64,000 nucleotides of DNA from Gammaproteobacteria bacterium HGW-Gammaproteobacteria-4 (lineage in GTDB: Bacteria; Pseudomonadota; Gammaproteobacteria; Xanthomonadales; Xanthomonadaceae): the NCBI GenBank assembly GCA_002839995.1, contig PGZC01000006.1, positions 5,804-69,803 of the forward strand, written 5' to 3'. The notes beneath the pieces were generated by a model. It made no database searches and was not told where the DNA came from. It worked only from the letters and a program-made list of their open reading frames with translations. This document shows, one piece after another, positions 27,867 to 38,060 of this stretch. The first letter of the stretch is position 1. Every line of letters starts with the position of its first letter. A program made the translations under genes and the position numbers.

Positions 27867-28298
27867 ATGTCTGCGCAGTTTTCCGAGTTTGTAACCGAGC
27901 ATGCGGCGATTGCCTTTGCCTTTGCCGGTGTCACCGTGGCGCTGGTGTACACCGAGCTGAGCCGGCTGACGCGCGGCTACAAGGCCATCACCCCAGCGCA
28001 ACTCACCGCCCTGATCAACCACGAAAATGCGCTGGTGATCGATATCCGCGCCAGCGCCGAGTTCGAGAAAGGCCACATCGTCGGCGCAAAAAACTTGACG
28101 CCGAGTCAGTTCGACCCGGAAAACAAGGTGCTGGCCAAGGTCAAGGAGTTGCCGGTGGTGCTGGTCTGCCGCACCGGGATCACGGTCAGCGCGCCGGCAA
28201 AACGCCTGGTCAAGGCCGGCTTCAGCCGCGTGCATGTACTCGATGGCGGCATCGCCGCCTGGCAGCAGGCGGAACTGCCGCTGGCGCGCGGTAAATAA
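27867..28298 (+). CDS. rhodanese-domain membrane protein (YibN-like)
   Basis: N-terminal TM segment, then a rhodanese fold (ALVIDIRASAEFEKGHIVGAKNL ... VVLVCRTGITVSAPAKRL). Lies upstream of secB-gpsA, as yibN does in E. coli. Confidence 0.8.
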   Translation: MSAQFSEFVTEHAAIAFAFAGVTVALVYTELSRLTRGYKAITPAQLTALINHENALVIDIRASAEFEKGHIVGAKNLTPSQFDPENKVLAKVKELPVVLVCRTGITVSAPAKRLVKAGFSRVHVLDGGIAAWQQAELPLARGK

Positions 28299-28382
28299 GT
28301 CCGACCCAGGTAATTTGGTTGGCGACCGGCGGACGTGGGATAATCGCCGGTCTTTGGTTTTCCCCTTTCAGGAGTTGTTGCA

Positions 28383-28922
28383 ATGGCTGACGAACAAACC
28401 AACGGTGCCGCCGGCGCTGCCGAGCCACAGGGTACGCAGGCACAGTTCAACCTGCAGAAGGTCTACGTCAAGGATGCGTCGTTCGAAGCGCCCAATTCGC
28501 CGGCGATCTTCAACGAACAGACCACACCCGCATTGCAGTTGAATCTGGCTCAAAACGTCACCGTGCTGGGCGAAGGCGTTTTCGAGGTGGTGCTCGGGCT
28601 CACCCTCACCTGCACCGCCGGCGAGAAGACGGCCTATCTGGCCGAAGTGAAGCAGGCCGGTATTTTCTCCTTCAGCGGGTTCGACGCGCGCACCCAGGAC
28701 ATGATGCTCGGCATCTATTGCCCGAACGCGCTGTTCCCGTTCGGCCGCCAGGCGATCAGCGATCTGGTGCAGGCTGGCGGCTTCCCGCCCTACCTGCTGC
28801 AGCCGATCAACTTCGAGGCGCTGTACGCCGAGCAGCTGCGCCGTCGCGCGCAGGAGCAGCAACCCGCGGCCGACACCGTCGACGCCAGCTTCGCGCAGCC
28901 GGGCGATGCCGACAAAGCCTGA
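28383..28922 (+). CDS. secB: protein-export chaperone SecB
   Basis: [22 protein letters not shown] ... [17 protein letters not shown] ... [40 protein letters not shown]. Confidence 0.93.
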   Translation: MADEQTNGAAGAAEPQGTQAQFNLQKVYVKDASFEAPNSPAIFNEQTTPALQLNLAQNVTVLGEGVFEVVLGLTLTCTAGEKTAYLAEVKQAGIFSFSGFDARTQDMMLGIYCPNALFPFGRQAISDLVQAGGFPPYLLQPINFEALYAEQLRRRAQEQQPAADTVDASFAQPGDADKA

Positions 28923-28928
28923 TCGCGC

Positions 28929-29954
28929 ATGAACAAGGCCGTGTCGCAAGTTGCGGTCCTCGGTGCCGGTTCCTGGGGCACGGCCCTTGCCATGCTGCTG
29001 GCCCGCAACGGCCACGACGCCTGTTTGTGGGGGCGCGACCAAGCCCAGATGCAGGCCATCGCGCTGCGACACGAAAACCCGCGTTATCTGCCCGGCATCC
29101 CGCTGCCGGGCAACCTGCGCGCCACCGATGTCATGGCCGATGCCATTGCCGGCGCGCACTGGCTGTTGGTCGCTGTGCCCAGCCACGCGTTTGCCGACAC
29201 CTTGCGCATGCTCGCAACGCTGCGCCCATCGGTTGCCGGCATCGCCTGGGCGAGCAAGGGCTTCGAGCCCGGTTCGGGCCGGTTTTTGCATGAAGTGGCG
29301 CGCGATCATGTCGGTGAGGCGGTGCCGCTGGCCGTGATCACCGGCCCGTCGTTCGCGCGCGAAGTGGCGCAGGGCTTGCCAACCGCCGTCACGGTGCATG
29401 GCCTCGATGATGTCTTCGCCACGCAGGTTGCGGAAGCCCTGCACGGCCCCACGTTCCGTGCCTACACCGGCAACGACATGCTCGGCGCGGAACTGGGCGG
29501 CGCGATGAAAAACGTGCTCGCAGTCGCCACCGGTGTGGCCGATGGCATGGCCTTGGGTTTGAACGCGCGTGCCGGCCTGATCACCCGCGGCCTGAACGAA
29601 ATGCTGCGGTTGAATGTTGCCCTCGGTGGCCGCGCCGAAACCCTGATCGGCCTGGCTGGTCTGGGCGATCTGGTGCTGACCTGTACTGGCGATCTGTCGC
29701 GCAACCGGCGCCTGGGCCTCGCTCTGGGCAAGGGACAATCGGTGGCGGCGGCGGTGGCGGCCATCGGCCAGGTCGTGGAAAGCGTACAAACGGTGGATGA
29801 GGTAATGCGGCTGGCCGAGCGCCATGGCCTGGATCTGCCGATATCGGCATTGGTGCAGCAGGTATTGCACGAAACCATCACCCCGGCCGAAGGACTGAAG
29901 CTGCTGCTCGCGCGCGAGCAGAAACCGGAATACCCGGTCGGATTATTCAATTAG
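28929..29954 (+). CDS. gpsA: NAD(P)H-dependent glycerol-3-phosphate dehydrogenase
   Basis: [15 protein letters not shown]-terminal Rossmann motif, [20 protein letters not shown]. Confidence 0.93.
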   Translation: MNKAVSQVAVLGAGSWGTALAMLLARNGHDACLWGRDQAQMQAIALRHENPRYLPGIPLPGNLRATDVMADAIAGAHWLLVAVPSHAFADTLRMLATLRPSVAGIAWASKGFEPGSGRFLHEVARDHVGEAVPLAVITGPSFAREVAQGLPTAVTVHGLDDVFATQVAEALHGPTFRAYTGNDMLGAELGGAMKNVLAVATGVADGMALGLNARAGLITRGLNEMLRLNVALGGRAETLIGLAGLGDLVLTCTGDLSRNRRLGLALGKGQSVAAAVAAIGQVVESVQTVDEVMRLAERHGLDLPISALVQQVLHETITPAEGLKLLLAREQKPEYPVGLFN

Positions 29955-29974
29955 GGAACCTCTGAATAAGCCAC

Positions 29975-30290
29975 ATCTGGCGTCATTGCGAGCGTAGCGA
30001 AGCAATCCAGCGTCTTGATTCTCCGAGTATTTCTGGATTGCCACGTCGCCCGGGAAAACCGCGCCTTTGCTTCACTCGGTCGGTTGCTTCGCAACAGCGC
30101 TCCCTACGCTCGCTAGACCTTCGCTGCGCCCGGTCGCCCACAGGGTGGGCTCAGGTAAGCGCAATCGTGATTTTGTAGGAGCCCACGCTGTGGGCGACAT
30201 GCCGAAGCGACGAACGACACGCGTACCCGCACCAAATCGGCTTTCCCTCACGATGATCGGCAAGGCTGACTGGCTGCCAAGGCCCCAAAA
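29975..30290. repeat. composite REP/BIME-like repeat cluster
   Basis: Contains GTCATTGCGAGCGTAGCGAAGCAATCCAG...CTGGATTGCC (related to the element at 52610-52772). It also contains CGGTTGCTTCGCAACA...TCGCCCACAGGGTGGGCTC...GTAGGAGCCCACGCTGTGGGCGAC...CGCACCAAATCGGCTTTCCCTCACGATGATCGGCAAG, which is colinear with 52270-52515. Confidence 0.8.
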
Positions 30291-30337
30291 GAAGCCCGGC
30301 AATTGCCGGGCTTCTTGGTTGTACGGGTGTGCCGAAA

Positions 30338-30892
30338 TCAGAAGCTCAAGCGCGGGCCGATGAAGTACTGCTCATCGCCGCTGATGAACTTGGCCTCAGC
30401 CACCAGGCCCCATGCCTTGGTGAACTTGTATTGCACGCCGAACTTGCCGTACACGTCGCCGCTGGCGACATCGGAGTCTTCATAGCCGGCCAGTGCCCAG
30501 CCTTCCAGGCGATCGGCGACCAGTGCGCTGCGCACACCGGTTTCCGCGCGCCAGATATCGGGGTCACGCAAGCCGTGATCGAGGTTGGCTTTTTCATAGG
30601 CGGCGCGAACCAGAAGATCGGTGTTCGCATTCAGGCCATAGCGATAGCCCAGGCCGATATTCCACAGGTCGAGATCGACCGGTGTGGAGTCGAAGTCGAG
30701 CTTGCTGTAGCCACCGAACACATGGAAATTGTCGTTGATCGCATACGAGCCGTTCAACGTCGGGCCTTCGGCATCCGGATTGGTATTGAACAGCGTATAG
30801 CCCGCTTCAAGGTAGTTGTAGCTCAACTCGTCCGCGTTTGCAGCGAACGGGAGAGCGGCGGCGAGGGCCAAGGTGATCAAAGTAACCTTCAT
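30338..30892 (-). CDS. small outer-membrane beta-barrel protein (OmpA-like/opacity porin family)
   Basis: MKVTLITLALAAALPFAANA signal peptide, alternating beta-strand pattern, C-terminal ...FIGPRLSF (terminal Phe). Confidence 0.8.
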   Translation of the reverse strand: MKVTLITLALAAALPFAANADELSYNYLEAGYTLFNTNPDAEGPTLNGSYAINDNFHVFGGYSKLDFDSTPVDLDLWNIGLGYRYGLNANTDLLVRAAYEKANLDHGLRDPDIWRAETGVRSALVADRLEGWALAGYEDSDVASGDVYGKFGVQYKFTKAWGLVAEAKFISGDEQYFIGPRLSF

Positions 30893-31148
30893 GGATTGCA
30901 TCCTTGTAAAGTGTTGCCGGTTGGGGGAAGCCCCATCGTGGCGATGGGTGCGCGCAGTATTCGTGCCGGTCGTCGAACCGATCATTAACCAGCGCCGAGC
31001 ATTGCGACGAATATTCAGACGCTATTCGGGTACTGATCGTTCCCGCGATCACTGCGCATGCGCGATGCGATGTTCAGCATGTAGCCAGTGAACAGGTATG
31101 ATCGGCGCTGGTTTGCCGATCGATTCGATCCAATCAACCGGGGTATCC

Positions 31149-31610
31149 ATGAGCAAGAGTGCAATCGTTGGCGGGGTACTGGTCGCTGCGTTGACGCTGA
31201 CCGGATCCGCACACGCAGGCTGGGAGCTGGGTGTCGGTGGCACGCAGAAAATCGATGGCGAGGCAACGTGGTTGACGACGGTCAGCTACGTCACGTCGCA
31301 ACAACGTTTTCCGTGGGAATTGATGGCTGGCTTCATCGACGGTCGTGGTTCGATCGGTTCGGGCGCGGTACCGGATCAGTATTTCGTCGGCGTCAGCAAG
31401 CGCTACAACTTTGTCGACAACTTCTACGCCAGTTTCGGCGTCGCGTTCAATGATCGCGACACCGATGTGCTCTCCGGCCATGTGCAATTCCAGTCGGCGC
31501 TGGGCTGGCATTACCGGCGTGTCGGTCTGTCGATACGGCATCTCTCCAATGCCAGCATCGAGGGTCGCAACCGCGGCGAGACGTTCGTGCTGTTGCAAGT
31601 GGGTTTTTGA
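31149..31610 (+). CDS. PagL-like acyloxyacyl hydrolase (lipid A deacylase family)
   Basis: Signal peptide MSKSAIVGGVLVAALTLTGSAHA. Small beta-barrel with IRHLSNASIEGRNRGETF (H-x-S-N ... E catalytic-type motif). Confidence 0.7.
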   Translation: MSKSAIVGGVLVAALTLTGSAHAGWELGVGGTQKIDGEATWLTTVSYVTSQQRFPWELMAGFIDGRGSIGSGAVPDQYFVGVSKRYNFVDNFYASFGVAFNDRDTDVLSGHVQFQSALGWHYRRVGLSIRHLSNASIEGRNRGETFVLLQVGF

Positions 31611-31639
31611 CATGTGCCAACGGTCCGGCTGAGCGTGCC

Positions 31640-32608
31640 ATGGAGCGATACGAGCGCATCCTTGCCATCCACCGCGTGCTCAAGAGCGCGCGTCACCCAG
31701 TGCCGCTGTCGCGCCTGCTCGACGAGACCGGCGCTTCGCGCGCGACCGTCTACCGCGACATCGCCTTTTTGCGCGATGCGCTTGGCGCGCCCGTCGAAGC
31801 CGATGGCGATGCCCGGATCAGTTACCACGCCGATGCGGCCGACCGGTTCGAATTGCCCGGCCTGTGGCTCAGCCCCGAAGAGTTGCATGCCCTGCTTGCT
31901 GCGCACCAGTTGCTGGCACGCACCGGCCCGGATGTGCTGGGCAGCGCGTTGGCCCCGCTCAAGGGTCGCATCGATTCCTTGTTGGCGCAGCAGGCGGGCG
32001 GCAAGCGCTGGCCGCTGGAGCGGGTGCGGGTAATCGCCACCGGCAAACGGCGCATCGACGAGCATGCGTTTCGTGTGGTTGCCACTGCGGTGCTGGAACG
32101 CAAACGCCTGACCTTCGACTACCGCGCGCGTTCCACCGACGCCGCCAGCAAACGCAGCGTTTCGCCGCAGCGGCTGACCCATTACCGCGACAACTGGTAT
32201 CTCGACGCCTTCGATCATGAGCGCGAGGCATTGCGCAGCTTTGCCGTCGACCGGATCGCCGCCGCCCACATGCGCGATGCCAACGCGCACGATGTGCCCG
32301 ACGATGAACTCAATCAGCAACTGGCTTCGAGCTACGGCATTTTCTCCGGTACGCCCAAGGCGATCGCCACCGTGCTGTTTACCGCCAAGGCGGCACGCTG
32401 GGTGGCCGATGAACACTGGCATTCCAAACAGCAGGGCCGGTTTTTGCCGGATGGCCGTTATGAGCTCAAACTGCCGTACAGCAATGCCCGCGAGCTGCTG
32501 ATGGATGTGCTGCGTTATGGTGCCGATGCCGAGGTGGTGGAGCCGCCGGCGCTGCGCGCGCAGATTCGAACCCTGTTGCAACTGGCCGTAAGCGCCTATG
32601 AGCACTAA
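31640..32608 (+). CDS. HTH + WYL domain transcriptional regulator (YafY/BrxR/CapW-like architecture)
   Basis: MERYERILAIHRVLKSARHPVPLSRLLDETGASRATVYRDIAFLRD (wHTH) ... RSVSPQRLTHYRDNWYLDAFDHEREALRSFAVDRI (WYL core) ... a WCX-like C-terminus. Confidence 0.88.
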   Translation: MERYERILAIHRVLKSARHPVPLSRLLDETGASRATVYRDIAFLRDALGAPVEADGDARISYHADAADRFELPGLWLSPEELHALLAAHQLLARTGPDVLGSALAPLKGRIDSLLAQQAGGKRWPLERVRVIATGKRRIDEHAFRVVATAVLERKRLTFDYRARSTDAASKRSVSPQRLTHYRDNWYLDAFDHEREALRSFAVDRIAAAHMRDANAHDVPDDELNQQLASSYGIFSGTPKAIATVLFTAKAARWVADEHWHSKQQGRFLPDGRYELKLPYSNARELLMDVLRYGADAEVVEPPALRAQIRTLLQLAVSAYEH

Positions 32609-33551
32609 AGAGACGAGCAAACGGATCGCACTGGTGCTGGGTGCGGGCGGCGCGCGTGGCCTGGCCCATATCGGCGTGATCGATGTGCTGCGCGAGCGCG
32701 GCCACGAGATCGTAGCGGTCGCCGGTTCATCGATGGGCGCGCTGGTCGGCGGCATCCATGCCGCTGGCCGCCTGCAGGAGTACACGCGTTGGGCGAGCGC
32801 GTTGCAACGCAGCGACGTGGTACGTCTGCTCGACTTCGCGTTTGGCCACCCGGGCCTGTTCAAGGGCGATCGCGTGATTGGCGTGCTGCGCGAGTTGATC
32901 GGCAGTTACGAGATCGAATCGCTGCCGATTCCGTTCACCGCCGTCGCGACCGACGTGCAACGCCAACGCGAGGTCTGGTTGCAACGCGGGCCGTTGTTCG
33001 ATGCCATCCGCGCGTCGATTGCCATCCCGATGGTGTTCACGCCATATTGCGTCGCTGGCCGCGAGCTGGTGGATGGTGGCCTGTTGTCGCCGATGCCGAT
33101 GGCGGCAACGCGCATGACCTCGGCCGACTGGGTGGTTGCCGTCGATTTGAACGCGCACGTGCACCCGGCCGATAACGGCATGCCGATACCGAGCGTGGCG
33201 GCAGAGAAAAAACAGGCGGGTAACGATGCCGTGCAAGGCGACAGCCTGCGCGAGCGCATTGGCGGATTTCTCGACGGCTTCATCGAAAAGCGCAACAAGC
33301 CCGCGATATCGCAGCCCGGCATCGTCGATCTGATGTCGCAGGCGCTGGACACCATGCAGGCGCAGATTGCGCGCATGCAACTCGCGCTCGACCCACCCGA
33401 CGTGCTGGTTCGCGTGCCGCACGATTCCTGCGCGTTCTACGAGTTCTGGCGTGCCAGGGAGCTGATCGATATCGGCCGTGGTGCTGCTGAACATGCATTG
33501 GAAGCGCTGGCGCGGCAAAACGGTGATGCGGCTCCCGATAGCCGCCATTGA
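32598..33551 (+). CDS. patatin-like phospholipase
   Basis: IALVLGAGGARGLAHIGV (GGxR oxyanion hole), AGSSMGALVG (GxSxG serine) and LVDGGL (catalytic Asp). The start overlaps the WYL gene by 11 nt. Confidence 0.9.
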   Translation: MSTKETSKRIALVLGAGGARGLAHIGVIDVLRERGHEIVAVAGSSMGALVGGIHAAGRLQEYTRWASALQRSDVVRLLDFAFGHPGLFKGDRVIGVLRELIGSYEIESLPIPFTAVATDVQRQREVWLQRGPLFDAIRASIAIPMVFTPYCVAGRELVDGGLLSPMPMAATRMTSADWVVAVDLNAHVHPADNGMPIPSVAAEKKQAGNDAVQGDSLRERIGGFLDGFIEKRNKPAISQPGIVDLMSQALDTMQAQIARMQLALDPPDVLVRVPHDSCAFYEFWRARELIDIGRGAAEHALEALARQNGDAAPDSRH

Positions 33552-33640
33552 GTGCGCGCATCGGGTCAACAGCGCTGCGTCTCATCTGGTGAGACAAGCT
33601 CCGGGCACACTGCGGTCGAACCCGTAGCCCGGAGACCGCC

Positions 33641-33973
33641 ATGCCCCGCTTGCTGCCCCTTTCCCGATCAAACCCGGTCGATCCGCGACTCGCACGCATG
33701 CTGTGGCAATGGCTCGTGCTCGGGCTGTTGCTGAGTGCCGCGCTGCCCGCAGCACGCGGCTACAGCGTCGCCATCGGCTGGCTGTGGTACTGGCTGATCG
33801 CCGCGCCATTGCTGGCGCAATGCGTATTGCATCGACGGCGTTTGTGGTTGGCACTGCGTGCTGGCCTGCGTCGCGATCCGGTGCCGCGCACGAATGCGCG
33901 CAAGTTGGCGAGCGGGCAGGCGCGGCGTTCGCCGGCGCCCACCCGCAAGCGGCTGTGGTTGCGGGCAGCATGA
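33641..33973 (+). CDS. hypothetical small Arg-rich membrane protein
   Basis: 110-aa ORF with two hydrophobic segments (MLWQWLVLGLLLSAALPAA; IGWLWYWLIAAPLLA) and GC3-rich codons. No family recognised. Confidence 0.35.
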   Translation: MPRLLPLSRSNPVDPRLARMLWQWLVLGLLLSAALPAARGYSVAIGWLWYWLIAAPLLAQCVLHRRRLWLALRAGLRRDPVPRTNARKLASGQARRSPAPTRKRLWLRAA

Positions 33974-34051
33974 GCCCGGAAGGGGCCGCGTGTTGTCGCT
34001 GTAGGCTTCAAAGAATAACATGACCACCTCATATGGTCACGAGGATCTCCC

Positions 34052-34330
34052 ATGCGCATCAACGCCGCAGAATTCAAGGCCAAGTGCCTGAAACTCATCG
34101 ATGACGTCGCCACAACGCACGAGCCGCTGGTCATCACCAAGCGCGGCAAGCCGGTTGCACGCGTGGTGCCCATCGAGGATGAGCAACCGCGCGGACTGTT
34201 TGGCCATATGAAAGGCACCGGGAAAATCGTCGGCGACATCATCAACGTGCCACACGTGCCCTGGGCCGCGGAGACGGGCGAGGAAGACCATCTGTACCTG
34301 CCTGTGAACCCGCAGGACGGCAAGTCATGA
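34052..34330 (+). CDS. type II antitoxin, Phd/YefM family
   Basis: MRINAAEFKAKCLKLIDDVATTHEPLVITKRGKPVARVVPI is a typical Phd/YefM N-terminus. GAGGA SD upstream. 4-nt overlap with the PIN gene. Confidence 0.85.
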   Translation: MRINAAEFKAKCLKLIDDVATTHEPLVITKRGKPVARVVPIEDEQPRGLFGHMKGTGKIVGDIINVPHVPWAAETGEEDHLYLPVNPQDGKS

Positions 34331-34758
34331 GCGTTGAGGACAGGCCGCTCCTGCTCGATACCCACACCTGGATCTGGCTGTCGTTCGGCACGCCCGGTGT
34401 GTTCAGCCCCGTCATGCAGAAGCGGCTTGATCTTGCCAACCGCGCAAACCCCCTGCACGTCTCGTTCATTTCGACCTGGGAAGTGGCGATGCTCAGTGTC
34501 AAGGGGCGGCTGAATCTGGACATGCCCACGCAAGCCTGGATCGAACAATCGCTGTCGCATCCCGCGATGCGTCTGCTCGCGCTCGCTGACCCCGCCATCG
34601 CCGTCGAATGCAACGAACTGCCTGGCGATTTCCACGCCGACCCGGCGGATCGCCTGCTCGTCGCCACAGCGCGCATCGGCGGCTACACCCTGGTCACCCG
34701 CGACCAGAAGATTCTGGACTATGGCAAAGCGGGCCATGTGAGCGTTTTGGCCGCATGA
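34327..34758 (+). CDS. vapC: type II toxin, PIN-domain VapC family
   Basis: LLLDTHTWIWL ... FISTWEVAML ... DPADRLLVATA ... TRD: the conserved acidic PIN residues are in place. Confidence 0.85.
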   Translation: MSVEDRPLLLDTHTWIWLSFGTPGVFSPVMQKRLDLANRANPLHVSFISTWEVAMLSVKGRLNLDMPTQAWIEQSLSHPAMRLLALADPAIAVECNELPGDFHADPADRLLVATARIGGYTLVTRDQKILDYGKAGHVSVLAA

Positions 34759-34788
34759 GCGCTGGATACCAATGGGAACGTTGACCGC

Positions 34789-37359
34789 ATGAGCCCTGAA
34801 ACTCCTGACGAAGTTGAGATTCTGCGAACAATGCGGGTCGACAACGAGCCGCAGTACATCGCGCATGTCCGACCTGACAGTACATGCCGTCAGTCGCTTG
34901 AGTCGCATCTACGCGGCGTTGCTCGCCTCGCCGCAGAATTCGCCGCGAAATTTGGGCTGTCCACGCACGGCGAATTGATTGGGCTTTTGCATGATCTGGG
35001 TAAATACAGCGCGGCGTTCCAAGCCTACATCAAGTCCGCAGCCAACTTGTTGGATCAGGATACCGACGAAGAATTTGTCGATGCGAAGGGTCTGAAAGGC
35101 AAGATCGATCATTCGACCAGTGGCGCGCAGTTCATCTGGCAAAACCTGGCAGATAAAGACGCCTTGGCGCAAATTGCCGGGCAAGTTCTCGCGTTATGCG
35201 TCGCATCCCATCATTCCGGCCTGATCGACTGTCTGACATCCACACCCGGAAAGCCCGCGGAAGACGGTTTCACAAAACGCATGGGCAAGCCGGATTCGAA
35301 GACGAATCTGCAAGAAGTGCTTGCCAAAGCCGATCCGGCACTGTTGGCCGAGGCGGGCCGCCTCATCGCGCAACCACAGGTCGCATCGGCATTCCAGGTC
35401 TGGCTTTCGAAGCTCCTCAACAAGGCGCCCGGCGATACACCGAACGCCAAGGTGGCGAGCCCTGTCATACAACAACAAATCGGTCTGCTCGTGCGCGCGT
35501 TGTTCAGCTGCCTGATCGACGCCGATCGCATCGACACCGCCGATTTCGAACACCCCGGTCGTGCCCGACGTCGGCTTCGCGGGAATTACACGGCTTGGGA
35601 GACGTTGATCGCGCGGCTCGAATCGCGTCTGGCGGAGTTCGAGCCGACCCAGCCCATCGACGCGCTGCGTCGGGACATTTCACGTCATTGCCTCGAGGCC
35701 GCCACGCGCGATACCGGCATCTACACGCTGACCGTGCCGACCGGTGGCGGCAAGACGCTGGCGAGCCTGCGCTTCGCGCTTCACCATGCGCACAAACACA
35801 GCCTCGACCGCGTCATTTACGTCATTCCGTTCACATCCATCATCGACCAGAACGCCGAAGTCGTCCGCAAGATTCTCGAACCGGAAGGTGTCGAAGCGGG
35901 GAGCGTGGTGCTGGAACATCACTCCAACCTAACGCCAGAAGATCAGACCTGGCGCTCCAAAATCCTCTCCGAAAACTGGGACGCGCCGGTTGTCTACACC
36001 ACGATGGTTCAGTTGCTGGAAACGTTGTTCGGCGCGGGCACGCGCGGCGCGCGGCGGATGCACCAGCTTGCCAATGCCGTGCTGGTTTTCGACGAAATCC
36101 AAAGCCTGCCTGTGCGTTGCGTGCATCTTTTCAACAACGCCATGAATTTCCTTGCCGACCACTGCCACAGCACGGTCGTGCTTTGCACCGCCACCCAGCC
36201 GTTGTTGGATCGGGTTGATGCGGTCAAAGGCGCGATCCGCATACCGCCCGGCAACGAGCTCATCCGCGACGTTCGGCAACTTTTCGATGATCTGAAACGA
36301 GTCGATGTGCTGAACCTTCGCAAGCCAGGCGGCTGGCCGCAGGAAGACATCGCGGCGCTGGCGCAACAGCAAATCGAAGCCGTCGGCAGTTGCCTCGTGA
36401 TCGTGAACACGAAAAAAGCCGCGCAGGCGCTTTATCGCTTGAGCCGCAATCATCCCGATACCGCCGTTTTCCACCTCAGTACCAGTATGTGCCCGGCGCA
36501 CCGCAAGGCCCGTCTTGAGGTCATCCGCAGCCGTCTGGAAGCAAATCCGCCGTTACCGACCCTGTGCTTCAGCACGCAGCTGATCGAAGCTGGGGTTGAT
36601 GTCGATTTTGCGTCCGTGATCCGTTACGCCGCCGGTCTCGATTCCATCGCGCAAGCGGCCGGCCGATGCAACCGCAACGGTCGGCTCGACCGTGGCAATG
36701 TCTACATCGTCAACCCGCGCGACGAAGACGAAAACTTGGGAAAATTGCCCGACATTCTGATCGGGCGCGAAAAGGCCATCCGCGTGCTCGACGACTACGA
36801 CGCGGACCCTGAAAAGTACGGCTGGAACCGCATCGGCCCGGAAGCGATGGCTTGGTACTACACCAACTACTTTTTCCAGCGCGCCAATGAAATGAGCTAC
36901 CCCGTGTCCGGTAACGAGATCGGTCGCGACGATACCTTGCTCAATCTTCTATCGGGCAACCCGCATGCCGTCAGCGATTACGCGCGCACTCACAACAGAC
37001 AGCCTCCGGCGCGCTTTCTGCGACAATCCTTCATGGCTGCCGCACGCGCTTTCAAGGCCATCGACGCCCCGACGCGCGGCGTGATCGTGCCGCACGGCGA
37101 AGCCGGCAAAGCGCTGATCGCCGACTTGTGCGCGGCTTACCTGCCCGACAAGGAATTCGAGCTGTTGCGCCGCGCCCAGCAATACAGCGTCAACGTCTTG
37201 CCACGCCAACTCGAAGCCCTTAGCAAGGCGAGTGTCGTGCGCGAAGTCCAGGACGGCACCGGCATCCTGTATCTGGTCGATTCCCGCTACTACAGCGAAG
37301 AATTCGGTCTTTCCGACACCCCCGAAGGCTTGATGGAGGTTCTCTGTGTCTCATCGTAA
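34789..37359 (+). CDS. cas3: CRISPR-associated helicase/nuclease Cas3 (HD + SF2 helicase), type I-C context
   Basis: HD motif (HLRGVARLA...[10 protein letters not shown]...HHSG...DADRID). Helicase motifs ([44 protein letters not shown]). Confidence 0.95.
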   Translation: MSPETPDEVEILRTMRVDNEPQYIAHVRPDSTCRQSLESHLRGVARLAAEFAAKFGLSTHGELIGLLHDLGKYSAAFQAYIKSAANLLDQDTDEEFVDAKGLKGKIDHSTSGAQFIWQNLADKDALAQIAGQVLALCVASHHSGLIDCLTSTPGKPAEDGFTKRMGKPDSKTNLQEVLAKADPALLAEAGRLIAQPQVASAFQVWLSKLLNKAPGDTPNAKVASPVIQQQIGLLVRALFSCLIDADRIDTADFEHPGRARRRLRGNYTAWETLIARLESRLAEFEPTQPIDALRRDISRHCLEAATRDTGIYTLTVPTGGGKTLASLRFALHHAHKHSLDRVIYVIPFTSIIDQNAEVVRKILEPEGVEAGSVVLEHHSNLTPEDQTWRSKILSENWDAPVVYTTMVQLLETLFGAGTRGARRMHQLANAVLVFDEIQSLPVRCVHLFNNAMNFLADHCHSTVVLCTATQPLLDRVDAVKGAIRIPPGNELIRDVRQLFDDLKRVDVLNLRKPGGWPQEDIAALAQQQIEAVGSCLVIVNTKKAAQALYRLSRNHPDTAVFHLSTSMCPAHRKARLEVIRSRLEANPPLPTLCFSTQLIEAGVDVDFASVIRYAAGLDSIAQAAGRCNRNGRLDRGNVYIVNPRDEDENLGKLPDILIGREKAIRVLDDYDADPEKYGWNRIGPEAMAWYYTNYFFQRANEMSYPVSGNEIGRDDTLLNLLSGNPHAVSDYARTHNRQPPARFLRQSFMAAARAFKAIDAPTRGVIVPHGEAGKALIADLCAAYLPDKEFELLRRAQQYSVNVLPRQLEALSKASVVREVQDGTGILYLVDSRYYSEEFGLSDTPEGLMEVLCVSS

Positions 37360-38059
37360 CAACATCGAATTCAAAGTCAGCGCGCGCTATGCGCTCTTCA
37401 CCGATCCGCTCACCCGAATCGGCGGCGAGAAGTGCTCGTACCACTTGCCAACCTACGAAGCCCTCAAGGGCATCGCCAAGTCGATCTACTGGAAGCCGAC
37501 CTTCATCTGGGTCATCGACGAAGTGCGGGTGATGAAGCCGATCCGAACCCAGACCAAGGGCACGAAGCCGATCGACTATGGCGGCGGCAATACGCTGGCC
37601 ATCTACACCTTCCTTGCGGATGTCGAATACCAGGTCCGCGCGCACTTCGAGTGGAACCAACATCAGCCCGGGCTGGCGGACGACCGTATCGACGGCAAGC
37701 ACTTCGCCATCGCCCGACGCATGCTGGAACTCGGTGGGCGACAGGACATTTTTCTTGGCACGCGCGATTGCCAGGGCTACGTCGAACCCTGCGAGTTCGG
37801 TTCGGCGGGGGGGCACTACGACGATATCGACCGCATGGACTACGGTCTGACTTTCCACGGCTTCGACTACCCCGACGAAACCGGCGAAGCGATTCTCACC
37901 GCTCGCTTCTGGCGGCCCGTCATGGAATTCGGCCGAGTGCGCTTCCCGAAGCCGGAAGCCTGCGACATCCGCAAGCCCATACGCCCCATGACCGCGAAGC
38001 AGTTCGGAAAGGGCAAGTTGCGTGGCGTCGAAGCCGAAGCCACCGAGCTGGGGGTGTGA
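37346..38059 (+). CDS. cas5: Cas5c/Cas5d (type I-C pre-crRNA endonuclease subunit)
   Basis: GTG start. [57 protein letters not shown] is typical of Cas5d. Overlaps the cas3 end by 14 nt. Confidence 0.92.
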   Translation: MSHRNNIEFKVSARYALFTDPLTRIGGEKCSYHLPTYEALKGIAKSIYWKPTFIWVIDEVRVMKPIRTQTKGTKPIDYGGGNTLAIYTFLADVEYQVRAHFEWNQHQPGLADDRIDGKHFAIARRMLELGGRQDIFLGTRDCQGYVEPCEFGSAGGHYDDIDRMDYGLTFHGFDYPDETGEAILTARFWRPVMEFGRVRFPKPEACDIRKPIRPMTAKQFGKGKLRGVEAEATELGV

Positions 38060-38060
38060 G

